DNA of 64,000 nt from a virus (taxonomy: Duplodnaviria; Caudoviricetes). Every line of letters starts with the position of its first letter. Positions within the stretch are counted from its first letter, which is position 1. The stretch covers positions 3,493 to 67,492 of the IMG/VR virus record IMGVR_UViG_3300012956_000023. One strand, 5' to 3'. A model generated the notes under the pieces. That model worked only from the letters and a program-made list of their open reading frames with translations. It did not search any database and was not told the origin of the DNA. The translations under genes were made by a program, and so were the position numbers. Positions 45,678 through 55,389 of the stretch are shown piece by piece.

Positions 45678-46592
45678 ATGAAAGAAAATAAACTAGTTTG
45701 TGTAATATGTGGATTTGAAGGATATAGATTAAGTAGGTCTCATTTGCCTAAGATTCATAATCTTACGGCTGAAGAGTATTATATTTACTATATCCTTCAA
45801 TCTTATTTACCTCCTAAGTGTCTAAATAGAAAATGTAATAATTTGGTTAAATTTAGAGATTTAGGTAGGGGTTTTAATAGCACATGTTCAATTTCTTGTC
45901 ATGTTTCATATCAGCAGTCTTGTGATAATACCTTTGTTAGGTTGTGTAAAGATCAAATTTTTAAAGAAAAACGAGATAAAGCAAGATTGAAAGCAGTAGA
46001 AGAAAGTAGGCGTAATAAGCCTGAAGTTTGGAAGAAAGTTTCGTTAGCTGTTTCTGAATCATTAAAACGTAAATGGAAAGAAGATTTAGATTATCGCTCT
46101 AAGATGACTAAATTGATTTCTAATATGATTAATGATCCTAACTCCGGGGTTGGATTTAAGAATCTTATGATTAACGGTCATCCCAAAGTTGGATTTGCTA
46201 AACTTTGGGAAGATGAAGAATTTAGAAAGAAAACTACAGTTTCAATTAAAGGTTATCATGAATCAATTAAGTGTGGGGTAGTACCTTATAGATCTTCACT
46301 TGAATTAAGATTTATGGAACTTTTAGATCATAATGATGAAATTGATTGTTATGAATATGAACCTGTCGGAATTCCATATAAATTCCAAGGTCGAGATCAT
46401 AAGTATTATCCAGATTTTCTGATTACATGGAAAGATGGTACTCAAGAAGTAATTGAGATTAAACCTTCATGTAATATAAACACTAGTAAGAATGTTGCTA
46501 AATTTAATGCAGTTCAAGAATTCTATGAGGAATCTATGGTTAAATTCAATATTCTTACAGAAACAACTCTTTCACTTTCAGATGGTGGTTAA
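45678..46592 (+). CDS. free-standing homing endonuclease (Zn finger + TnsA-like PD-(D/E)XK)
   Basis: CVIC..HLPKIH; YRSSLE..YEYEP..IPY..YYPDF..EIKP. Confidence 0.8.
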   Translation: MKENKLVCVICGFEGYRLSRSHLPKIHNLTAEEYYIYYILQSYLPPKCLNRKCNNLVKFRDLGRGFNSTCSISCHVSYQQSCDNTFVRLCKDQIFKEKRDKARLKAVEESRRNKPEVWKKVSLAVSESLKRKWKEDLDYRSKMTKLISNMINDPNSGVGFKNLMINGHPKVGFAKLWEDEEFRKKTTVSIKGYHESIKCGVVPYRSSLELRFMELLDHNDEIDCYEYEPVGIPYKFQGRDHKYYPDFLITWKDGTQEVIEIKPSCNINTSKNVAKFNAVQEFYEESMVKFNILTETTLSLSDGG

Positions 46593-46593
46593 A

Positions 46594-47253
46594 ATGTATC
46601 AAAGACTATTATTTATAGTCTTAATCTTGTTAGTTCCTGCAGTAGTTAAAGCGGATTTAGCTACTTTAAATTGGTTAGCTAATACTGAGGCCGATATGTC
46701 CTTTTATAGGATATATCGGTCAGCTACTCAAAATGGAACTTATGGACTAATAGGTACGGTAGCACATCCTAGTACTAGCTATCAGGATAACCAAGCTACT
46801 CCTCCATTATCATGTTATTACATTACAGCTGTAGATACCACTGGACATGAATCTAGTCCTTCATTAAAATCATGTAAAACATTTACAGGAGCTGCTGGAC
46901 CATCTCCTAGTTTGTTATCGATTACTAAAATTTCTACCGGACAACAATTGTCATGGGTAGATGGGTCTTCAGGAGTAGCGGCTACTGAAATCTGGAGAAG
47001 TTCTGATAATGAACTTATGAGTGTAGTAAAAGTAATTCCAGCAGGAACTACCTCACATCTAGATCGAGTATCACTACCACAAACTCCATTTGCTACTACA
47101 TTCGTATGTTATAAGATTCGTCACATTTATGCTAACGGCACATCTAATTTTTATCCAGATCTTGCTGTAGATCCGGTTGGTCTATGCATTCCTTGGAGCA
47201 AACAGGAAACAGTGAAACCTGCAGCTCCTGGTGGAATTTCTGTTACACCATAA
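46594..47253 (+). CDS. signal-peptide FN3 protein
   Basis: MYQRLLFIVLILLVPAVVKA-D; WLANTEADMSFYRIYRS. Confidence 0.75.
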   Translation: MYQRLLFIVLILLVPAVVKADLATLNWLANTEADMSFYRIYRSATQNGTYGLIGTVAHPSTSYQDNQATPPLSCYYITAVDTTGHESSPSLKSCKTFTGAAGPSPSLLSITKISTGQQLSWVDGSSGVAATEIWRSSDNELMSVVKVIPAGTTSHLDRVSLPQTPFATTFVCYKIRHIYANGTSNFYPDLAVDPVGLCIPWSKQETVKPAAPGGISVTP

Positions 47254-47263
47254 AGGAAGTAAA

Positions 47264-48070
47264 ATGAAGTATTTATTTAATTTAGTTTTCTTATTTGTAG
47301 TACTCGTCTCTAATGTTCATGCCGACCAAACAGCAACACTTACTTGGTCTCCAAATAAGGAAGCTGATTTAAATGGGTATAATGTTTACAGATCGTGTAC
47401 CCCTATTCGTAATTATAAAGTAATTGCTACTGTAGGAAAAGATGTAGTTTCATATAGAGATACTACAATTCCAGATACTTGTAGTAATGTGTATTATAAG
47501 GTATCCGCATTTGATAATTCAAAGAATGAGTCTCAATTATCTGAATATGCTACTAAATCTATAGTAATTGTTCCTCCTCCACCTACATTAGCAATAGTGA
47601 ATGATTTAGAATCGAAGCCTATAGATTCCTCAACAATTGAAGTATCTTTTTCCGATATTTCAACTAAAGAATTAGGAATTCTAAATTATGACATCAGAAT
47701 TCTAGCTGGTACTTCAATGGCCTGGCCTAGTGCTAAGTCTGCAGTATCTGGATCGTGTAAGTCTCCATTTGTAGGTTTAGTAACTATTATTAAACGAACA
47801 TGTACGATTTCTGGGTTGTTACCAGGAACTGCATATGTTGTTCAGTTAATTCCGTTCTTTGGTACAATGAATCAAGGAGCGAGTTATAAAGATTTTTCTA
47901 ATGTGGCTTCTGTAACTACACTAGAGAAACCAAAAGTATTTACTGATATTGAGTTAAAAGATAATGTATTATCGTTTGACTATGATATTAGTACGTGCTC
48001 TACTGTATCCAAATTGACTACTTATAAAAGTGCAACTCAGAAAACTATTACAATGACTTGTGTGAAATAA
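47264..48070 (+). CDS. signal-peptide FN3 protein
   Basis: MKYLFNLVFLFVVLVSNVHA-D; WSPNKEADLNGYNVYRS; YYKVSAFD..NES. Confidence 0.75.
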   Translation: MKYLFNLVFLFVVLVSNVHADQTATLTWSPNKEADLNGYNVYRSCTPIRNYKVIATVGKDVVSYRDTTIPDTCSNVYYKVSAFDNSKNESQLSEYATKSIVIVPPPPTLAIVNDLESKPIDSSTIEVSFSDISTKELGILNYDIRILAGTSMAWPSAKSAVSGSCKSPFVGLVTIIKRTCTISGLLPGTAYVVQLIPFFGTMNQGASYKDFSNVASVTTLEKPKVFTDIELKDNVLSFDYDISTCSTVSKLTTYKSATQKTITMTCVK

Positions 48071-48754
48071 ATGGCGCTACAATCTAGATCAAGTACTCCA
48101 GCAGGTGTAGGTTCTAGTACATTAGCTTATCTATCTGATACGAAAGTAGGATCACTGTTGACTACTTTCGTATTAGGTGATTCTTCATTAAATTCTTCTA
48201 CAGGTATAACTGATTCTTTAGGAAATGTCTGGACTCGAGCAGTTTTTATTACTCAAGGTGCTGAAGAATGTTCTATTTGGTATGCAATAAGTAAAGGTGG
48301 TCCTAATACAATTACCTTTCTTTGGACTGGTACTGTATCGTTTTCTTCTTGTTCTATTGCTGAACATCCAGGAATTAAGCAACATAGTCCATTACGTCAA
48401 ACAAATTCAAATAATAATGTTAATACAGGAACTGGAGCTGACTCAGCAACGACTGGAATAGTTAATACCTTAACTGAAGGTGAATTGATTCTTGCTGGAT
48501 TTGCTCGTTATGGTGGATCAGGAACTACCGCAGCAGTTGGTACGGGATTTACATTAATTCAAGATCCATTCGGTGATAGCCCATTTATGGAGCGTACTCA
48601 GAAAACTGCAGGACCTATTGCAGGTACAGTAACTCCACAAGCTGCAGATGACGATTTTATAGCTGTTATTGCTACATTTGCTAAGATTCAGGTTACTAAT
48701 AATTTGGTTCAGAATATACGACCTCGACGTACAGCTCCAGGAATATGTAGATGA
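48071..48754 (+). CDS. Ser/Thr/Gly-rich beta protein, putative virion component
   Basis: ITDSLGNVW, IAEHPGI, GELILAGF. Confidence 0.55.
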   Translation: MALQSRSSTPAGVGSSTLAYLSDTKVGSLLTTFVLGDSSLNSSTGITDSLGNVWTRAVFITQGAEECSIWYAISKGGPNTITFLWTGTVSFSSCSIAEHPGIKQHSPLRQTNSNNNVNTGTGADSATTGIVNTLTEGELILAGFARYGGSGTTAAVGTGFTLIQDPFGDSPFMERTQKTAGPIAGTVTPQAADDDFIAVIATFAKIQVTNNLVQNIRPRRTAPGICR

Positions 48755-49998
48755 TTATGGCTAAGATAATTCCTCCCGATTATGGTATTTATTTAGGTCA
48801 GTATGAATGGACTGCAGGAGATATTTCTACTTTTGAATCAGCTTATGGTAAATCTGTTTCTCATTTCTCTTCTTCTAGAGGTCATTGGGGATTAGAGTAT
48901 GTATCTGGTCATCCCCACTTAGCATTATCCACTGCGAAAACTGCATGGGACACAGGTAAAGGTTTATTAGTACAATGTTATAATACTTATGCTGGTACTA
49001 ATGATGAACATCCTTCTGGATATACTAATGATTTGTTATTAGCTGGAACTTATGATGCTAATTTAGCTATTCTTGCTGCTGATCTTCGAGCATTCAACAA
49101 CCCTGTATGGTTTCAATGTGGACGAGAGCCAAATGGAGTAGGTCAAGATTATATTGGAGGATTTGGTACTGATGGTACTCAATCTTTAGCTACTGCAATT
49201 ACTAATAATACCGCATATAATCAATTTACTCCTCCTAGTCCTCCTGCTGGGGCTCCCTCAAATTTGTATTCAGGATGTTCGGGATCATCAATTCCTGATG
49301 GAGTAGGGCGAGTAAAAGCTGCACAACGTTATTTATATGATTTCTTTGTTCGTAGACAAGGTTGTACAAATCTAACTTTTGATTCACAAGGTTGGAATGT
49401 TAGATATTATAAGGATTCGGTTGATAACCAAGATAAATATGATTCTAATGATTATGTAGGAAATGAAGCATATGCATTGCAAGTATTACAAGATTGTAAT
49501 TTTGCAAATTTTTACCCTGGTGATGATTATTGTGATTGGCCTAGTTTAACGTTTTATACTTTAGATTATTATGATGCTAATTGGACATGGTTATCAGGCT
49601 CAGATATCTTATACCCTACTTCCGATTGGATTAATAGTCTAAGTGTAACATATAATCAAATACAATCAGTTACTAATAAACCAATTTTATTAACTGAATG
49701 TGGATTTCCAGACGGTATGAACTCTAATACAACTAGAGGTGCCAATAGAGTAACTGATGCATTAGGAGCAATACTTTATCAATTTCCACAAATTAGGGCG
49801 ATTAATATGTGGGCAGATCATACCAGTTGGTTTCAGAATGATATATTTCCTTATAATTGTTTAATAGCTTCAGGAACTACTCAAGCTACTGCGTTACAGG
49901 CTTTAGTAACTGCAGATCCTAAAATGTTTAATACTAAATTAAAGTATTCTTATCCAAGAAAAGTAGCGTTTGCTTCTGTAAATTGGTCTCCTAAGTAG
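48751..49998 (+). CDS. glycoside hydrolase family 26-like protein
   Basis: GREPNG (acid/base), FYPGDDYCDW, KPILLTECG (nucleophile). Confidence 0.75.
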   Translation: MIMAKIIPPDYGIYLGQYEWTAGDISTFESAYGKSVSHFSSSRGHWGLEYVSGHPHLALSTAKTAWDTGKGLLVQCYNTYAGTNDEHPSGYTNDLLLAGTYDANLAILAADLRAFNNPVWFQCGREPNGVGQDYIGGFGTDGTQSLATAITNNTAYNQFTPPSPPAGAPSNLYSGCSGSSIPDGVGRVKAAQRYLYDFFVRRQGCTNLTFDSQGWNVRYYKDSVDNQDKYDSNDYVGNEAYALQVLQDCNFANFYPGDDYCDWPSLTFYTLDYYDANWTWLSGSDILYPTSDWINSLSVTYNQIQSVTNKPILLTECGFPDGMNSNTTRGANRVTDALGAILYQFPQIRAINMWADHTSWFQNDIFPYNCLIASGTTQATALQALVTADPKMFNTKLKYSYPRKVAFASVNWSPK

Positions 49999-50009
49999 AA
50001 AGGTTAATT

Positions 50010-50567
50010 ATGAGTCGTCAATTTTGGTCAGAGCTTATTTGGTGGGCTACAGCTGATGGGGCTTCCATCAATACAACTACTACAGAAACTATCGTATTTC
50101 CAAATATAGTTATTCCTGCAAACTATATGTCTGATGGCCGTACCCTACGGGTTACAGCTGCAGGTCGAGTTAGTACTACTGGTACTCCTACTACTAGATT
50201 TAGATTACGTTGGGGTGGGGTAGCTGGAACAGTAATCTGGGATTCCGGTACAATTACTTGTGGTTCTGCTGTTACTGCAGCCTTATGGCGTATTGTTATT
50301 GAAATCCAGACTCGATCAAATGGATCTTCTGGTACTTTATTCTGTGAAGGTGAGTGTGTGATCGGTGCAGCATTAGCTCCTACAGTTGGATCTGCTACCG
50401 GTGCAGCTGCCGTTGGTATCTTCGGTTCTGCTGGTGATGACACCCCAGCTGCAGTCACTTGTGATTTAACAGCTGACACCGCATTAGCATTAACTCAACA
50501 ATGGTCTGCTAGCTCTGGTTCAAATATCGTAATTGGCCATCAATATTATGGAGAGTCATTGAATTAG
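50010..50567 (+). CDS. putative virion structural protein
   Basis: Ala/Thr/Gly-rich beta pattern. Confidence 0.55.
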   Translation: MSRQFWSELIWWATADGASINTTTTETIVFPNIVIPANYMSDGRTLRVTAAGRVSTTGTPTTRFRLRWGGVAGTVIWDSGTITCGSAVTAALWRIVIEIQTRSNGSSGTLFCEGECVIGAALAPTVGSATGAAAVGIFGSAGDDTPAAVTCDLTADTALALTQQWSASSGSNIVIGHQYYGESLN

Positions 50568-50747
50568 ATGAAAGATATACTAGAGATATTAGAAGATAGG
50601 AAAAATAAAGTTATTAATTCCGGGGATAAGGTAGAAGGTATTTCTACTGCATTTCCTAAAAATCCTCCTCCACCTGGAATTAATTATTCGAAGAATTTCG
50701 CTAGGTTCCAGAAAGATGGAATATTCTCAATTCAAACTAAGGATTAA
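50568..50747 (+). CDS. 59-aa hypothetical protein (not in ORF track)
   Basis: MKDILEILEDRK..PKNPPPPG; fills the gap exactly. Confidence 0.5.
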   Translation: MKDILEILEDRKNKVINSGDKVEGISTAFPKNPPPPGINYSKNFARFQKDGIFSIQTKD

Positions 50748-50748
50748 G

Positions 50749-50991
50749 ATGATAATCACTCCGGATTTTGAGAGTAAGACGACTAAGATAAAACAACAAA
50801 TAATGAATCTAGCTATGCAGTCAAATACTGAGCCTGAGATAATGATAGCTGCAATAAGCGACATTCTTGGATATACCGCAGCTCAATTAGATAAGTACGT
50901 AGGATCTATGCCATTGGATGTACGACTTCAATCAGTTATTGTTAGAGTTAAACAATCATATTCTCGTTCTAAAATAGGACTAAATGTCTAA
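50749..50991 (+). CDS. helical hypothetical protein
   Basis: start MIITPDF right after previous stop. Confidence 0.55.
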   Translation: MIITPDFESKTTKIKQQIMNLAMQSNTEPEIMIAAISDILGYTAAQLDKYVGSMPLDVRLQSVIVRVKQSYSRSKIGLNV

Positions 50992-51677
50992 TGGCTTCTC
51001 GATTCTATTTTCATTCATCAGGAACTCCTAACATTAGTCCTGCATTTGATGCATCATGGGAACAAACAGGCCAGGCTACTAGATTAAATTTAGAGTTAAG
51101 TAATTTAATAAGTGCTCAAACTGCATTAGCTAATTCAAGTGCAATTACTGTCCCTATTACTACAACTCAGCAGATACTTTGTTATCAATTTATTAGTATA
51201 AAAACATTCTTACCTACAGTATTAGATGCATCAGTTTTATTCTCTATGATTATTCGAGGATTAGAGAATGCAACTACTAATAATGTATTCTTAGCGTATA
51301 TATTAAAAGCGTTTACTGCTGATGGTAGTTTATCGTTAGGTACATTGTCGTCTAGTATGACTAACGCTGGTACTGAGTTTGTAGCTACCGCAGCAACTAG
51401 GATTTTCTCTCCAGTAGCTTTAACTAATACGGTATTAAATCAACCGTGGAGATTAGTTCTAGAAGTAGGAGGTCATGCCCAAGGTCCTACTGCTGCTGGT
51501 TCGTATACTTATAGAGCAGGATGTAATGCAGCTAGTGATTTCGCATTAACGTCAGCATTAACTACAGATTTAAATCCATGGATGGAATTAAGTTGTAATT
51601 TAAATGCTCAGCCATTAAATAATTACAGTTCTATAAAAGTAGGTAATGGAATCTCTGTAGGTGAGAGGATTAGATAA
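50991..51677 (+). CDS. putative virion structural protein
   Basis: beta-rich; operon context. Confidence 0.55.
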   Translation: MASRFYFHSSGTPNISPAFDASWEQTGQATRLNLELSNLISAQTALANSSAITVPITTTQQILCYQFISIKTFLPTVLDASVLFSMIIRGLENATTNNVFLAYILKAFTADGSLSLGTLSSSMTNAGTEFVATAATRIFSPVALTNTVLNQPWRLVLEVGGHAQGPTAAGSYTYRAGCNAASDFALTSALTTDLNPWMELSCNLNAQPLNNYSSIKVGNGISVGERIR

Positions 51678-53006
51678 ATGGGTTTCCCACAGAGACGTTC
51701 TACAAGTCAATTTAAGAGAGAAGCTCAAGCTAATGTCTTTAGTCAATCTGTTTCAGGAACTTTAAGTTTTGCTGGGACTATTGTACGACAAACCAATAAG
51801 CCAATAGCTGCTGGATTGTCAATGGCTGGAGCGCTAGTTAAATTAACTAGTCGAGCTTTAGCTGGAACATTAACTCAATCAGGAGCATTAGTCAAGCGAG
51901 CGAATAAGAATCCGGCAGGATCTATAAATTTTGCTGGGTCCCTTGTTAAACAGACGAATAAAGCATTAAGTGCTACTCTTACTTCTGCTGGGTCAATAGT
52001 TCGTGCGATGACTCGTTCATTAGCCGGAACTCTTACTTCTGCAGGAGCGTTAACTAAACGAACTAATAAACCTTTATCCGCATCAGCTTCATTCTCAGGT
52101 GCATTATCCAGAACTACAAATAGGTCGTTATCTGGTGCGGTTTCTTTTATAGGTGTTGTATCTAAGCAGACGAATAAAGTATTAGCTGGGTCATTAGGTC
52201 TAGCCGGAGCTTTATCTGCTTCAAAGATTATTCTGAAAGCTATAGCCGGAACATTAGGATTGTCGGGAAGTTTATCTAGACAAACTAATAAATCTGTCGC
52301 TGGATCAATTAATCTCGTTGGGTCAATATCTAAACAAATAAGTAGATCCTTAACTGGTACTCTAAATCTTGTTGGGTCACTTAATAAGTCTACTAACCGA
52401 GCTCTAACTGGAGCATTAAGTTTCGTAGGTGCATTAAGTAAGCGTACAAATAGAAGTATCTCTGGAGCTATTACATTTTCTGGATCTATAACTAAACGTG
52501 CAAATAAAGCATTATCTGGAGTACTAAGTTCTGCTGGATCAATTATTAGATTTACATCTCGTAGTCTAGCTGGAACTTTAGGATTATCAGGAAGTGTAGC
52601 GAAGAAGTCAAATAGATTCCTAGATGGTACATTGACTTCGTCTGGTACTCTGACAAAACGTACTAATAGAGCATTGTCAGGTGCTGTCTCATTCGCTGGT
52701 TCTATATCTAGAACATTCCTACGAAGTTTGGCTGGTACCTTAGGATTCTCTGGTTCATTAACTGCAGCAAAGATAAAATTAGTATCTTTAGCTGGATCGT
52801 TAGCTTTTTCTGGTTCTCTAGCTAAGAGAACAAGTAAAGCGTTAGGGGGATCAGTTTCATTCCATGGTACGTTAGGTAGATCGTGGATAAACAGTCTCAA
52901 GAAATTAATCTTCACATTTCTTGGTCTACATCAATCTAAGTTTAAATTACTGAATATAAAGTATTCCAAGGCTGAGTTCCGTATAAAAGGTGATTTTAAT
53001 GAGTAA
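51678..53006 (+). CDS. fibre protein made of 21 tandem 18-aa repeats
   Basis: consensus (R/K)xLxGxLxxxGxLx(K/R)xxN. Confidence 0.8.
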   Translation: MGFPQRRSTSQFKREAQANVFSQSVSGTLSFAGTIVRQTNKPIAAGLSMAGALVKLTSRALAGTLTQSGALVKRANKNPAGSINFAGSLVKQTNKALSATLTSAGSIVRAMTRSLAGTLTSAGALTKRTNKPLSASASFSGALSRTTNRSLSGAVSFIGVVSKQTNKVLAGSLGLAGALSASKIILKAIAGTLGLSGSLSRQTNKSVAGSINLVGSISKQISRSLTGTLNLVGSLNKSTNRALTGALSFVGALSKRTNRSISGAITFSGSITKRANKALSGVLSSAGSIIRFTSRSLAGTLGLSGSVAKKSNRFLDGTLTSSGTLTKRTNRALSGAVSFAGSISRTFLRSLAGTLGFSGSLTAAKIKLVSLAGSLAFSGSLAKRTSKALGGSVSFHGTLGRSWINSLKKLIFTFLGLHQSKFKLLNIKYSKAEFRIKGDFNE

Positions 53007-53382
53007 TTATAGAACTCGAGCTGAGGATGAATATCCTGAGAAGGTGTCCTTAACTCTAGTAGCAGAAATTGCGGATGAAGATGGTAATCTCCTAGTCTCT
53101 GGACAATTAACTAGTCTGAAATTGACTATTTATGCTCCAGAGATACTAGGAAATCCAGTTATTAATAATAAGAAGGATGTGAACATTCTGAATGCCAATG
53201 GAGGTACATTAGATTCATTTGGAGAATTAACTCTGCTACTATCTGAGCAGGATACTGTATGTGTTGGGTCTGCAGGTAATGAACTTCATAGACATTTATT
53301 TACTTGGACATATGCGAATGGATTAAAAACTGGTAGACATGAAGTTGATATATTATTTAAGAATATGTACAAAGTAGGATAA
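52999..53382 (+). CDS. putative adaptor/baseplate-upper-like protein
   Basis: GELTLLLSEQDT..FTWTYANG..G..E. Confidence 0.5.
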   Translation: MSNYRTRAEDEYPEKVSLTLVAEIADEDGNLLVSGQLTSLKLTIYAPEILGNPVINNKKDVNILNANGGTLDSFGELTLLLSEQDTVCVGSAGNELHRHLFTWTYANGLKTGRHEVDILFKNMYKVG

Positions 53383-53384
53383 GA

Positions 53385-54812
53385 ATGAAATCACTAACTA
53401 CGTTAATTGAAGGTGCGGAAATTACTCCAGAACATCTAGCAAAGAATCCTCCAAAGTTTATACCTCCTGAGCATCATGAATTATGGTCGCATTTAGTTCT
53501 CAAGAAACAACATAGAACATATGGGTCTGCAGTATCTCATTTCAAGCATCATACCAAGAAATGGGGATATGCATTGACGCTATTGACTATGTCGGTGATT
53601 GATGAATACGACCCGTTGATTGAAGATAGTGATGAAGAATCAGATGCATCTGAAGGTGAGAAGGACGGAGATAATGATGGAAAGTCCTCTGCTGAAGTAG
53701 AGGGCACTGGATTTAATAATAAATTTAATAAACGATTTACATCTCGTGCATTTGGTCATGCATTGAGAGCACATCGCCGTCTAGATAACAAGGAAGAATC
53801 TATGAGTAATGTAATTGATCGTGCGAAGCAGGTCCTAGGTTTGGATAAGGGGGTGAAAGAAGCATTTAGTAAGATGCCTGGAGGTGGATTACATCTACCT
53901 GCTACAGTAAAAGATAGACATCATACAACTAGTATTTGGGATGACGAATTTCCTGGTATTAAGACTAACAGTGATTGGTCTAGTAGAGTAGAAATTCCTA
54001 CAGGTAAAGTAACTTATACCAAGCATCAACATCATTTAGTGAATACTTTGTTAGGTCATGGTGTAGGTGAAGATACCCCATGGGAGAAGATGCCGAAACT
54101 AGACTATAGTTATCTTCATTCTACTACTGCTGCATATAAAGATACTAATAAAGGAGTAGCTTTAGCAGTATCTCGACGTGATCCGTCACATCGGGTATTG
54201 TTAAATCATGATAGTACTGTAAATCTCCATCATTTGAAGGGTGATAGTGCTGAAAAGCTACAGGTTCCTGATGGGGTAGGACGTAGTACTCACGGAAATA
54301 ACCGAGAAATTTATAGTCCAGTACATGTAAATAAAGTGCTTCAACATCATTTTGGTCATTCTGATTTTGATTTCTATAAGCCTGATTATTCAAAATCAAA
54401 GGGTCAGAAATCTGGTAGGGAAATTTATAATAAAGCCGCTGATCTTCAGAAACATCAGACAGGAAGAATTCAGCCGTCAGCTACAGTAGGTGATAAATTC
54501 TTATCTACTGTGCATTCTAATCGGCATAATGAAATTCGTGATAATATTCATGCTCATGTAAATGATGTTATGGGTCATATCAATCATATGTTGTCAGGTG
54601 GAACTCCTCAGCACGGAGAATATGGACGCCATCCAGCTATAGAGAAATTACGTAATAGTCTGAATGCATTAGAAGATATGCATGATGAAATTCGTAAGAC
54701 TCATTATAAAGGTTGGAGGGGTGATACGGGTCGTGAGCCAATGACAGTAGATCAATTGTTACGTACTCGAAAGAAAGCTACACAAGCTGCTACTGGGTCT
54801 GATAGATATTAA
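53385..54812 (+). CDS. large His-rich putative internal head protein
   Basis: MKSLTTLIE leader; LIED and KEES sites; N-terminal domain homologous to 14205. Confidence 0.6.
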   Translation: MKSLTTLIEGAEITPEHLAKNPPKFIPPEHHELWSHLVLKKQHRTYGSAVSHFKHHTKKWGYALTLLTMSVIDEYDPLIEDSDEESDASEGEKDGDNDGKSSAEVEGTGFNNKFNKRFTSRAFGHALRAHRRLDNKEESMSNVIDRAKQVLGLDKGVKEAFSKMPGGGLHLPATVKDRHHTTSIWDDEFPGIKTNSDWSSRVEIPTGKVTYTKHQHHLVNTLLGHGVGEDTPWEKMPKLDYSYLHSTTAAYKDTNKGVALAVSRRDPSHRVLLNHDSTVNLHHLKGDSAEKLQVPDGVGRSTHGNNREIYSPVHVNKVLQHHFGHSDFDFYKPDYSKSKGQKSGREIYNKAADLQKHQTGRIQPSATVGDKFLSTVHSNRHNEIRDNIHAHVNDVMGHINHMLSGGTPQHGEYGRHPAIEKLRNSLNALEDMHDEIRKTHYKGWRGDTGREPMTVDQLLRTRKKATQAATGSDRY

Positions 54813-54927
54813 CGTCTATACGAGTTTACTTCACTTGCCCGGACCCCGTTTCGGGCAAGTAATTATGAGGGCAATCAACTTAGCAACGGCCTTCATTTCG
54901 GTTCCTACACACTAATCGGAGGTTTGA

Positions 54928-55389
54928 ATGACGGCAGTTCAGCTGGTTCAAGGTACTAATAAACTCAATAAAGCTACTATTCAGAATGGACGTTCTGGAA
55001 CTGGTATGAAGGTAGAGCATATTCGTCGTACGTACTTTAAGGGTACTATGATGATGCAATACTTTGCGGTAGTGAAATCTCAAACTGAGCCAAAAGGGTA
55101 CAGTACAATAATCACATTTATGAATGTGGCTAAGGCTGAGACTCTTCCTAGTTTAGATACGTCTACTGTACGGGTACGTTGTTCATGTCCGGATTTCTTC
55201 TTCTGCTACTCACATTATAATAAAGTGAATAATGCATTAGCAGGTGGAGTGTTACGTAACTATACTCGAAAGACCAAGACTCGTCCGGAGAGAAATCCAA
55301 TTCATACTCCTGGTGTATGTAAACATTTGATTCGTCAGTTTATCTCGATGAGGAATGGAAAATTAGTCACTGGAGGATCAGTGATTTAA
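54928..55389 (+). CDS. SWIM-type zinc finger protein
   Basis: RCSCPDF...GVCKH. Confidence 0.7.
   Translation: MTAVQLVQGTNKLNKATIQNGRSGTGMKVEHIRRTYFKGTMMMQYFAVVKSQTEPKGYSTIITFMNVAKAETLPSLDTSTVRVRCSCPDFFFCYSHYNKVNNALAGGVLRNYTRKTKTRPERNPIHTPGVCKHLIRQFISMRNGKLVTGGSVI

Noticed and set aside
45678-46592. T4 gp4-like head-completion nuclease
   Set aside because: The catalytic domain is similar, but the Zn-finger N-terminus shared with the intron ORFs and the duplicated target end favour a mobile endonuclease; not fully excluded
51875-52915. 346-aa minus-strand ORF
   Set aside because: Antisense shadow of the 18-aa repeat gene; the periodic codons avoid stops
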